The position numbers were made by a program, and so were the translations under genes. Shown in pieces: positions 1 through 7,450 of a DNA stretch of 17,658 nt. The DNA is taken from the NCBI GenBank assembly GCA_964496765.1, contig CAZCAP010000007.1:1-17658 (forward strand), in the 5' to 3' direction. The notes beneath the pieces are model-generated. The model was given only the letters and a program-made list of their open reading frames with translations. It was not told the DNA's origin and searched no databases. The stretch comes from an uncultured archaeon (GTDB taxonomy: Archaea; Iainarchaeota; Iainarchaeia; Iainarchaeales; CSSED10-239). Within the stretch, counting starts at the first letter, position 1, and each line of letters begins with the position of its first letter.

Positions 1-2913
1 TGTTTCACAAATTATCTGAGTATATATTCTTGATGTTATAAATGGAGCTGATCCTGCTATCCATTGATTAGTGCCAAGTGGTCCAGATGCAGAACATGCT
101 GTTCTAAGATACCATGGTATACCTGAACCAGAAACAATTTCAGTAGTTCCATCATAATATATATAACCATGATCGGCACAAAATAAATCAGCTTCTGGAT
201 GCATAGGTTCTCCAAGAGCAGGTCCTTTTATTACTTGTCCATTTAATGTAGGATCATCATATATGATATCAAAGACACCACCACCTGCTGGTGATACAGA
301 ACAGTCTCCACTTGCAAGCGTATATACATTTATTGGTGCATCACAATATCCAGAAAATGGAGGATTTGGAGTGTACACAGAAGTATTTATATCTCCACAA
401 TAGTTTGTAATAACATAATTCTGAGTCATTATACTACTTGGACTATATCCCACTTTATATCCTACTGCTTTCAACACTGTGGTTGTTGAAATTGGTATTG
501 GAGTACTATATATTGGTGAACCGGGTTGAAGAGGAGTTGAACCATCTATTGTATAACGTATTTCTGCACCTGTTGTACTAGAATTTAAAACTACTGATTG
601 ACTTGTATCATATGTCCCACCTACTGGATTTGCAGTAGGAGTAGCAACCTTAAGTGTATAAACTTCTGTCATAATTCCACTTGGATTCAGGCCTACTTTA
701 CATGCCTTTGCTTTTAAGGTAGTTGTTGTAGTGATAAGAATAGGAGTTGAATATTGAGATCCAGAACAATCAGGTGTTGAACCATTAGTTCTATAATAAA
801 TTTTTGCACCAGAGGTGGTTGTATTTAAAGTTACTGATAAATTATTATATTTTGTTCCCCCAGATGGATTTGCTGTTGGGGTTGCAACTGTTGGAACTGG
901 ACTAATTACCCAAGTACTAGATCCAGACGCAAAATTGGATGAATTGAAATCATTAGTTGCAGTAAATGTTAATCTATATGTTCCAGAAGTATTACAATCA
1001 AATGGAGTATATGTGTTAAATTGTGGAGAAAGATTAGAGCCTAAATTTATGTCACTAGATCTTACACCACCATTATATCTACAATTAAATGTTGAAGTAT
1101 ATATTACACCTACCTTTAATTCAATATGAACTTTTAATGAATATCTTACTGCAGGTGCATTTGCAAGGGTATTAACATCGACACCAAAGCCACCATTTAA
1201 TGTAGCATTCCCATTAGAAGGAATAACAGTTATTTGCATAGGGTCACTATAACCTGGCATGAAATTTGCAGTTACATTTATATTTCCAACAACAGGACCA
1301 TCTGTTCTATTTGCATCCAGAACACCATCACTCCAATCTACAAATTGATAACCAGTATTCGGAACAGCAGTCACAGTACTTCCATACCCTCCTGAAACAA
1401 CAGTTTGTGGAGTAACCCCACTTATTGAACCATTTGGACCAGCTGTGTAAGTTAGAGTATAATTTGTTACTGTATTAAGTATGAATTCAACACGAATAGT
1501 ATTGTTACGGTTTACATTATAAAAGGTATAATAAGAATGCGTTAATGTCATACCACCTACACCTATAGGTGAGCCATTAACTTTTATAACCCCTACACGA
1601 TAACCTGAATTAGGAGTAAATATAAATGTTTGATTTGCACCAGCAGGAACAGATACAGCACCAGATGGGAAAATAGATCCATTAGGACCAGCAGATGCAA
1701 AAATAATATAATTTGCCACACTTTTAAATGTAGCAGTAATAGTATGATCTTCTATCACATCAACGAAGGTATAAGAAGAAATTGCACCTCCCTCCAGTCC
1801 ATCTATTGTAACTGTATCAATTTCATATCCTGGATCTGCAGTAATTGTATAGGTAATGTCATCATGTTCAATAACAGATGTAACACCAGGCGGTGTTAAG
1901 GTACCACCAACACCACTATTTGCAGTAATTTTATATGTTTTATCACCTATATGCTTACAGTTTACAGTAATTGTATGATCATCTTGTACATTAATAAATG
2001 TATAAGATTCAGTTGGAAAAATACCAACATCATCTATTAAAATACTTTCAATTTCATAACCAGGACCTGGTTTCATCATATAAAGTTGATCATTACCTTG
2101 ATTAACAGTGGTAATACCACTAGGATCTATTGAACAATCAGGACCAGCATCAGATTTAATTGTAAATGTTAATCCAGGAATACTTTCACAATCAGCATGT
2201 ATTGTATGATTTGCCTGAACATTAGTAAAAGTATATATTGAAGTAAGAGGAGTATAACTTATTCCATCTATTAATATAGTTTTTATTTGATAACCAGAGT
2301 CAGCAGAAATGGTATACATCACACTATCTCCATCATTAACAACTGTCATTCCTGCTGGAGCCACAGAACAATTATCCCCATCTGTTGCAATAATTATATA
2401 TGTTGAACCTATACTGGTACAACCAGTAAAATCATATAAACAATTTGTACAAGTTATAGTTCCTGTAAGTAATGGATTAGAAGCACTACAATCAGTAGAT
2501 AATCCTCCAAAATCATCAGTATCACATTGCTCCCATGGTTGATTCACTGTACCATCTCCACAAGATCCTGCTCCTGAACATGCACTAGTATCTATTGAAC
2601 AACCAGTACAAGAAAGGTTACCCGTACCTAATCCAAGACTCGAACAATCTAAACCAGTGTACAATCCCATATTTAGCCCTTCACATTGTTCAGGGGCTTC
2701 AATAATTCCATTAGGACAAACAGGAATAGGATAATTAACATCATCTATCCAACTATTATAATCTATATTTGAGATTTCTGTTGCTTCAGCAGTCTTCTTA
2801 TTTATATTCTGTAAATAAAAAGTTCCTAAAATTATTCCACCAATTACTAATACACCAAGTATTGCTAAAATTTCTATTGATGTCTGGCCTTTACTTTTAT
2901 TTTTAAAAAACAA
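1..2913 (-). CDS. Large secreted/surface protein with class III (archaeal pilin-like) signal peptide, Cys-rich N-terminal region and tandem beta-sandwich repeats; partial, C-terminus beyond left edge
   Basis: Hand translation of the minus strand from TTG at 2913-2911 stays open to position 1 (971 codons). N-terminus is (M/L)FFKNKSKGQTSIEILAILGVLVIGGIILGTFYLQNINKKTAEATEISN, i.e. a KGQxSxE motif plus hydrophobic helix. GGTGAT Shine-Dalgarno lies just upstream (minus strand of ~2918-2923). Absent from the ORF track, probably because it is open at the edge and starts with TTG. Confidence 0.85.
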   Translation of the reverse strand, partial: MFFKNKSKGQTSIEILAILGVLVIGGIILGTFYLQNINKKTAEATEISNIDYNSWIDDVNYPIPVCPNGIIEAPEQCEGLNMGLYTGLDCSSLGLGTGNLSCTGCSIDTSACSGAGSCGDGTVNQPWEQCDTDDFGGLSTDCSASNPLLTGTITCTNCLYDFTGCTSIGSTYIIIATDGDNCSVAPAGMTVVNDGDSVMYTISADSGYQIKTILIDGISYTPLTSIYTFTNVQANHTIHADCESIPGLTFTIKSDAGPDCSIDPSGITTVNQGNDQLYMMKPGPGYEIESILIDDVGIFPTESYTFINVQDDHTITVNCKHIGDKTYKITANSGVGGTLTPPGVTSVIEHDDITYTITADPGYEIDTVTIDGLEGGAISSYTFVDVIEDHTITATFKSVANYIIFASAGPNGSIFPSGAVSVPAGANQTFIFTPNSGYRVGVIKVNGSPIGVGGMTLTHSYYTFYNVNRNNTIRVEFILNTVTNYTLTYTAGPNGSISGVTPQTVVSGGYGSTVTAVPNTGYQFVDWSDGVLDANRTDGPVVGNINVTANFMPGYSDPMQITVIPSNGNATLNGGFGVDVNTLANAPAVRYSLKVHIELKVGVIYTSTFNCRYNGGVRSSDINLGSNLSPQFNTYTPFDCNTSGTYRLTFTATNDFNSSNFASGSSTWVISPVPTVATPTANPSGGTKYNNLSVTLNTTTSGAKIYYRTNGSTPDCSGSQYSTPILITTTTTLKAKACKVGLNPSGIMTEVYTLKVATPTANPVGGTYDTSQSVVLNSSTTGAEIRYTIDGSTPLQPGSPIYSTPIPISTTTVLKAVGYKVGYSPSSIMTQNYVITNYCGDINTSVYTPNPPFSGYCDAPINVYTLASGDCSVSPAGGGVFDIIYDDPTLNGQVIKGPALGEPMHPEADLFCADHGYIYYDGTTEIVSGSGIPWYLRTACSASGPLGTNQWIAGSAPFITSRIYTQIICET
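415..888 (-). repeat. Two tandem ~80-aa repeats (period 240 nt) resembling the chitobiase/beta-hexosaminidase C-terminal Fn3-like domain
   Basis: VATPTANPSGGTKYNNLSVTLNTTTSGAKIYYRTNGSTPDCSG...PILITTTTTLKAKACKVGLNPSGIMTEVY and VATPTANPVGGTYDTSQSVVLNSSTTGAEIRYTIDGSTPLQPG...PIPISTTTVLKAVGYKVGYSPSSIMTQNY; unit starts at 888 and 648. Confidence 0.75.
1258..2400 (-). repeat. About five tandem ~70-aa repeats resembling divergent InlB-type B-repeats inside the surface protein
   Basis: Translated units such as YKITANSGVGGTLTPPGVTSVIEHDDITYTITADPGYEIDTVTIDG...SYTFVDVIEDHTITATFKS; FTIKSDAGPDCSIDPSGITTVNQGNDQLYMMKPGPGYEIESILIDD...SYTFINVQDDHTITVNCKH; YTLTYTAGPNGSISGVTPQTVVSGGYGSTVTAVPNTGYQFVDWSDG...NVTANFM. 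Confidence 0.75.
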
Positions 2914-2969
2914 ATCTCATCACCCTATATATTTTTCCTATTTTATAATTATTTATAATTATATAAAAG

Positions 2970-2985
2970 ACATTAAGTTTATAAA
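2970..2985 (-). promoter_or_regulatory. Candidate promoter (TTTATAAACTTAATGT) of the surface protein gene
   Basis: 16-nt sequence identical to 3721-3736, containing a TTTATAAA TATA-like element, 57 nt upstream of the TTG start. Confidence 0.55.
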
Positions 2986-3066
2986 GGTTATTCTTTAAGA
3001 AAGATTTTGTGTTATTCTTCAATTTATTTAATATAACAATACTAAAAATTAAATTGGAGAGATAAA

Positions 3067-3657
3067 TTAAATATCATCTACAGAAAATACACAATCTGGA
3101 TTTTCTGAACAATCTTCTTCACAGAAAACAGATTCAGCTACACAGAAATCAAATTCAGTATCCACACAGGAATTACATTCCGTAACTAAATTACAATAAC
3201 CATCACCACAATACCCCATTCCCGTGCACAAATAGGATTCATCACAATCTAGATTACAAGTAAAGCATTCTCCTAGCTTTGCATCATAAGTTCCATTACC
3301 ACACAATCCAGGTTCACAAACACCACAATCTTCAGGACAAACATTTAATCCATCCTGGTCATCCAGGTCATCTTGACAAACCTCTGTTCCATTACAAACA
3401 TTATCTCCACAGCAGGGAGTTGGGGAACCAGGAACACAACCCACTCCTCCACCATAGTCAGTATCATCAACTGCATCTAGGTTTAAATCATTACCAAGTT
3501 CATTTGTATTGCTTATAATTTCAGTAGCTTGACCAGTTCTTTTATTTCAACTAGATAAAGAAAAAACTCCAAAGATGATTGCACCAATAACTAAAAAACC
3601 AATAAGAAGTAAAATCTCAATTGAAATCTATGCTTTTTGTTTATTTCTAAAAAACAA
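3067..3657 (-). pseudogene. Pilin-like Cys-rich secreted protein gene interrupted by TAG (3630-3628) and TGA (3549-3547); the track ORF 3067..3444 is its downstream open part
   Basis: Minus-strand reading from TTG 3657: FFRNKQKA*ISIEILLLIGFLVIGAIIFGVFSLSS*NKRTGQATEIISNTNELGNDLNLDAVDDTDYGGGVGCVPGSPTPCCGDNVCNGTE... It aligns with the N-terminus at 2913, both stops are in the same frame as the long Cys-rich C-terminal part, and GGTGAT lies at 3668-3663. Confidence 0.75.
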
Positions 3658-3720
3658 ATTTAATCACCAATTTTATTATTCATTAATAAATATTATATAC
3701 TTTATTAACTATAATAAAAT

Positions 3721-3736
3721 ACATTAAGTTTATAAA
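3721..3736 (-). promoter_or_regulatory. Candidate promoter of the interrupted pilin-like gene
   Basis: TTTATAAACTTAATGT on the minus strand, identical to the copy at 2970-2985, 64 nt upstream of the TTG start. Confidence 0.5.
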
Positions 3737-3743
3737 TGTAATT

Positions 3744-4760
3744 TTAATAATCAAACAAACCTTTTTGGGATATAAATTCTATTGATCTTGCTGGTTTGTT
3801 TAATTTCTTCTGTATACTCTTTGCAAGCTCTTCCTTAAATCCATGCATTGTGTAAACTTCTTTTGGATTTACGTCTTCAACGAATTTTAAAAGATTAGGA
3901 TAATCACAGTGATCTGAAAGATGGTAAACCTTGCTTGAACGATTGTAGTTCCAACCTGTTGCTACGTAAGAACTTACCTCTTTGTTTAGTTGATGGGAAA
4001 GAGAATTAATTAGATCCTTTGAAATTAGATTAAGAGGAAGAATAAGAATATTATTTTCTGAAAGATTGTGGTCTAGGAGTTCATATTGTCCAAGAAATAT
4101 AGCATTCTTTTCATAAACCTTTGAATAGTTATAGGTGTCCTTATCAACAACTGGTTTTTCATTTAAATATTTATTCACTAAATTAATTAATTCTTGATTT
4201 TTACCAAGAGTATACCCACCAATTAATACAAACTTATTATTATCTATATCTTTTTTAATGGATTTAGAAAAATCATTATAAATATCATCTCTATTCCCAA
4301 AAGAGAACCCAGGTTTCCCAAAAGTAGATTCCATAATAAGTATATCTGCATTTATTGGTTCTGCTGCTTTTAAAAATAAAGAATCCACATTATTAAAATC
4401 TCCTGTATAGAGAATGGTCTTCCCTGTTTCATCATCCTCAATGAAAAACATTGTGCTTCCTAGTATGTGTCCAGCATTAAGAGGAGTAATTCTAATGGTA
4501 TCATTTATTTTTATTTTTTTATTATAATTAACTTCAGTAAAATTATTTATATTTTTTTGTTTAATTTTATTTTGAACATCTCTAATTAGAGAAATAGTTT
4601 CTTTGCTTGCAAATGTGTTTTGAGTAGTGGATGCAAGATGATCAGAATGGGAATGAGTTATAAATGAATCAATCTCATCATCATGGGATTTAGATTGATC
4701 AATATGTATTTTTTTGTTTTTATCAGCTATTGATAAAAAGTTATTATAATGAATTTGCAT
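3744..4760 (-). CDS. Metallo-beta-lactamase-fold hydrolase, SNM1/beta-CASP-like exonuclease family
   Basis: THSHSDHLAS (HxHxDH), HILGSTMFFIEDDETGKTILYTGDFN, late conserved EVYTMHGF motif; 338 aa. Confidence 0.75.
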   Translation of the reverse strand: MQIHYNNFLSIADKNKKIHIDQSKSHDDEIDSFITHSHSDHLASTTQNTFASKETISLIRDVQNKIKQKNINNFTEVNYNKKIKINDTIRITPLNAGHILGSTMFFIEDDETGKTILYTGDFNNVDSLFLKAAEPINADILIMESTFGKPGFSFGNRDDIYNDFSKSIKKDIDNNKFVLIGGYTLGKNQELINLVNKYLNEKPVVDKDTYNYSKVYEKNAIFLGQYELLDHNLSENNILILPLNLISKDLINSLSHQLNKEVSSYVATGWNYNRSSKVYHLSDHCDYPNLLKFVEDVNPKEVYTMHGFKEELAKSIQKKLNKPARSIEFISQKGLFDY

Positions 4761-4825
4761 AAATAATTTACATCTCCTCCTAAATGTAGTTACTGGAATA
4801 GTTTATAAACATTTATTCTCCTAAG

Positions 4826-4832
4826 TATATAA
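4826..4832 (+). promoter_or_regulatory. TATA box of the tRNA-Trp gene
   Basis: TATATAA centred ~22 nt upstream of the mature tRNA 5' end at 4851. Confidence 0.5.
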
Positions 4833-4850
4833 GACCGATAAACAATCTAT

Positions 4851-5047
4851 GGGGATATAGGGTAGTCCGGTCTAGCCTAACAGGCTCCAGACTGATACTT
4901 TCTTGAAAAAGAAGGGTTCTGGAACGCAGGATGGTTTTTAAAAAAAACCAAATGATTGAAAAATACAAGTTTGTCTGAAAAAGAAATTTTTCGGAAGAAC
5001 AGAAAGGGAGAAACTTGTTGACCCGGGTTCAAATCCCGGTGTCCCCA
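4851..5047 (+). tRNA. tRNA-Trp (anticodon CCA, 4887-4889) interrupted by an intron; exons 4851-4890 and 5013-5047; CCA tail not encoded
   Basis: Acceptor GGGGATA/TGTCCCC; D-stem GGGT/GCCT with GG in the D-loop; anticodon stem ACAGG (4880-4884)/CTTGT (5014-5018); loop CTCCAG^A; T-arm CCGGG TTCAAAT CCCGG; discriminator A. Confidence 0.9.
4891..5012 (+). other. Archaeal-type tRNA intron (122 nt) at canonical position 37/38
   Basis: BHB-like motif: 3-nt bulge AG^A (4889-4891), 4-bp helix CTCC (4885-4888)/GGAG (5007-5010), 3-nt bulge AA^A (5011-5013), then anticodon stem. The intron-side outer helix is weak (C4892-G5006, T4893-A5005). Confidence 0.85.
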
Positions 5048-5062
5048 TATTTCTAATTAATT

Positions 5063-6466
5063 TTATCTTAGGCCTTTATCTTTTAGGAAACAATTTCTAC
5101 AATTTTCTGGAATAGTTACTGGATATTCTCCTGATACACAAGCTGTGCAAAGATCTCTCCTAATTGCTTTTTTTAAATCTTCAACATCAGAATAAACAAC
5201 TTCATTTGCATTCATGTAATCTCTTATCTCTGGAATTTTTTTATTATGTGCTATGAGTTCTAGATCCGTTGACATATCAATTCCATAAAAACAAGGATAC
5301 TTAATTGGTGGACAGGATGAAACAAAAACAATATTTTTTGCACCAGCATCTCTTAATAACTTAATTATTCTTTTTGAGGTTGTTCCACGAACAATACTAT
5401 CATCCACGAGAAGTATATTCTTATCCTTAACAATTGAGATGATTGGATTAAGCTTGATGTGAACTCCTGAAATTCTATTTTCCTGAGAAGGCATAATAAA
5501 TGTTCTTCCAATATATCTATTTTTAATTAAACCCTCTCTATGTTTAATTTTAAGAACCTCTGATAGCTTAAATGCACAACTTCTTGATGTATCAGGAACA
5601 GGAACAACAACATCTATTTTGTATTTTTCAATAAGCTTTTCTCTCTTAATTCTCTCCCCCAACAGAACACCTAGAGCAAGACGTGCCTTGTACACAGATC
5701 TTTCTTCAATCATTGATTCTGGTCTTGCAAAATACACCCATTCAAACATACAATGTGCTTTTTGTTTTACATTAAATACTTTTGTTTGAATATTCATATT
5801 ATCCTTGGAAATAAAAATTACTTCTCCGGGAGCAGAATCTCTTATAAATTGGAAATCAAGTGTTTGAATAACAACTGATTCTGAAGAAAGAATATATCCT
5901 TCATTGTATTTACCAATTACAAGTGGTCTTATTCCATGGGAGTCTCTTATGGAGAATAGGCCTTTATTTGGAATCACACCAACAATAGAATAAGCTCCTT
6001 CGAGTGTATCTAATATTTTTTTGGATGCTAAAAAAACATCTTTTGTTTTTTTGTATTCTTGAGTAAACACATGTAAGATAAGTTCACAATCAGAGGTAGT
6101 GTTGAAAACAATTCCATTATCTTCAAGTTCTTTCTTTAAATTAAAATAATTAGTTATATTACCATTAAACCCAAGAGCTATTTTTGTTTCATCATCAACC
6201 AATGGTTGAACATTGGTTAATCCTGTTGAACCAATGGTTGCATATCTTGTGTGCCCAATTCCTATTTTACCTTTAAGTCCAAGAAGATCTTCTTCACTAA
6301 AAGAATTAAGAACTAGATTATTATCTTTTTTAAAATAAACCTCATCACCATCAATGGTTGAGATTCCACAGGCATCCTGTCCTCTATGTTGAAGAGTTAC
6401 AAGACTAAAATAAAGTTTAGATGCGACTGGATTTGTATTATCAATAATTCCAACAATTCCACACAT
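5063..6466 (-). CDS. purF: Amidophosphoribosyltransferase
   Basis: N-terminal MCGIVGI catalytic Cys, LQHRGQDACGI, GIGHTRYATIGSTG, PRPP-binding VLLVDDSIVRGTTSK; 467 aa. Confidence 0.96.
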   Translation of the reverse strand: MCGIVGIIDNTNPVASKLYFSLVTLQHRGQDACGISTIDGDEVYFKKDNNLVLNSFSEEDLLGLKGKIGIGHTRYATIGSTGLTNVQPLVDDETKIALGFNGNITNYFNLKKELEDNGIVFNTTSDCELILHVFTQEYKKTKDVFLASKKILDTLEGAYSIVGVIPNKGLFSIRDSHGIRPLVIGKYNEGYILSSESVVIQTLDFQFIRDSAPGEVIFISKDNMNIQTKVFNVKQKAHCMFEWVYFARPESMIEERSVYKARLALGVLLGERIKREKLIEKYKIDVVVPVPDTSRSCAFKLSEVLKIKHREGLIKNRYIGRTFIMPSQENRISGVHIKLNPIISIVKDKNILLVDDSIVRGTTSKRIIKLLRDAGAKNIVFVSSCPPIKYPCFYGIDMSTDLELIAHNKKIPEIRDYMNANEVVYSDVEDLKKAIRRDLCTACVSGEYPVTIPENCRNCFLKDKGLR

Positions 6467-6518
6467 AAATAATATAATGTATAGATTGGATTTAAATAGG
6501 TTTTGAGATCACAAAAGC

Positions 6519-6540
6519 GTCCAAGAAATATAACAATAAA
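6519..6540 (-). repeat. Direct repeat copy A flanking the nucleotidyltransferase module
   Basis: Plus strand GTCCAAGAAATATAACAATAAA; 21/22 identical to 7384-7405 in the same orientation. Confidence 0.75.
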
Positions 6541-6545
6541 TCAGT

Positions 6546-6707
6546 TTAAAAGTTAATTAACTTCTTTTGCTCTTTACTCCATTTCTGATTTGACGTCTTT
6601 TTTATATATTCAACATACTTATCTATAAACTTTAGTCTTTGCTCAAAGTTTTTTTCTTTTTCTTTATCTAATTGCTTTAGATTGACTACAGGAAACTTAT
6701 TTGTCAT
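6546..6707 (-). CDS. Unannotated 53-aa charged protein, MTNKFPVVNLKQLDKEKEKNFEQRLKFIDKYVEYIKKTSNQKWSKEQKKLINF; putative partner of the upstream nucleotidyltransferase
   Basis: ATG 6707-6705 overlaps the TGA (6706-6704) of the nucleotidyltransferase ORF (ATGA, 4 nt); open to TAA at 6548-6546; too short for the ORF track cutoff. Confidence 0.75.
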   Translation of the reverse strand: MTNKFPVVNLKQLDKEKEKNFEQRLKFIDKYVEYIKKTSNQKWSKEQKKLINF

Positions 6708-7303
6708 AATAAATACCTTTCTAGTTTATTTTTAACTTCTAATAAATTAATAAATTCAGATAATTTATTTTGATCTAATCTATCCTCAAATAATTTGTAT
6801 AAATATCTTGCATCTTCTATATCTTTCTCGCTTCCAAGATATAACTTATATGCAATTTGCAATTCAAATGAAGAAATGAATAATTTATTTTTATTTAAAT
6901 TAACTTCAATTGAATTTGCTAACACCCAATTTTCTATATCTGTTGCAGGAGTTTTTATCTCCATATTTGGAATAAAAGTATCTATTTTTGCAAATCTTAG
7001 TCTGTCTTTTGATTTAAAATAATCATCATAGGCCATTTTTGGGTCATCTACCAATATACATTCAAATTTGGTGTGCAATTCGGTCCAAAATTCACTAAAT
7101 TTTGAATAATCCATATTTTCTATAATTAAATCAACATCTTCAGATCCTCTTGATCTTCCAAAAAGAATAGCAACATATCCAGAAACAATTACATATTTAA
7201 TAGCTAATTTATTTAATATATTTACAAAATCCAGTGTGAATAAATCTAAATCATTTAATTCTTTTTCTAGAATTATTTTGTTATTCATATACTCTATTTC
7301 CAT
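6704..7303 (-). CDS. Nucleotidyltransferase-fold protein (minimal NTase / AbiEii- or MNT-like)
   Basis: LAIKYVIVSGYVAILFGRSRGSEDVDLIIENMDY matches the GG/S...DxD NTase core; downstream KIDTFIP and helical C-terminus; 199 aa. Confidence 0.75.
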   Translation of the reverse strand: MEIEYMNNKIILEKELNDLDLFTLDFVNILNKLAIKYVIVSGYVAILFGRSRGSEDVDLIIENMDYSKFSEFWTELHTKFECILVDDPKMAYDDYFKSKDRLRFAKIDTFIPNMEIKTPATDIENWVLANSIEVNLNKNKLFISSFELQIAYKLYLGSEKDIEDARYLYKLFEDRLDQNKLSEFINLLEVKNKLERYLL

Positions 7304-7340
7304 ATATTATATAACAAAGCAAAAGAATATATCCCTTTCG

Positions 7341-7363
7341 GGAGGGTAGCTGTCCAAGCAAAT
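7341..7363 (-). promoter_or_regulatory. Leader/promoter-proximal element shared with 14431-14455
   Basis: Minus strand ATTTGCTTGGACAGCTACCCTCC upstream of the nucleotidyltransferase; aligns to plus-strand ATTTTGCTTGGACAGCCACCCCTCC upstream of the kinase-like gene with 1 substitution and 2 single-base indels. Confidence 0.45.
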
Positions 7364-7383
7364 AAAGTAATTTAAAAATAGGT

Positions 7384-7405
7384 GTCCAATAAATATAACA
7401 ATAAA
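7384..7405 (-). repeat. Direct repeat copy B flanking the nucleotidyltransferase module
   Basis: Plus strand GTCCAATAAATATAACAATAAA; one mismatch to copy A. Confidence 0.75.
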
Positions 7406-7450
7406 CACACAATAGAATATAAATAAAATAAAAAAAGAAAAAGGAAAGAA

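Noticed and set aside
815-2542. Plus-strand ORFs 815..1129, 1630..1899 and 2309..2542
   Set aside because: All lie antisense within the continuous minus-strand surface protein frame; low-complexity mirror translations with no recognisable domain.
3279-3518. Plus-strand ORF 3279..3518 (His/Leu-rich)
   Set aside because: Antisense to the Cys-rich coding frame; composition is the mirror of that frame.
3628-3630. Genetic-code change making TAG a sense codon
   Set aside because: The same gene also contains an in-frame TGA, and all other genes in the window read through without internal TAG; local gene decay or assembly variation is simpler.
4891-5012. Box C/D guide RNA embedded in the tRNA-Trp intron, as known in haloarchaea
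   Set aside because: CTGA (4892-4895 and 4975-4978) and an AATGATTG box C-like string (4951-4958) exist, but box C lacks the full RTGATGA consensus, the second CTGA is inside a strong GAAA-capped hairpin, and no convincing guide to C34 or U39 was found next to a D box.
6601-6707. Frameshift in the 53-aa ORF at its A-rich stretch
   Set aside because: Careful re-reading of the reverse complement (GAT AAA GAA AAA GAA AAA AAC TTT GAG) shows the frame is intact.
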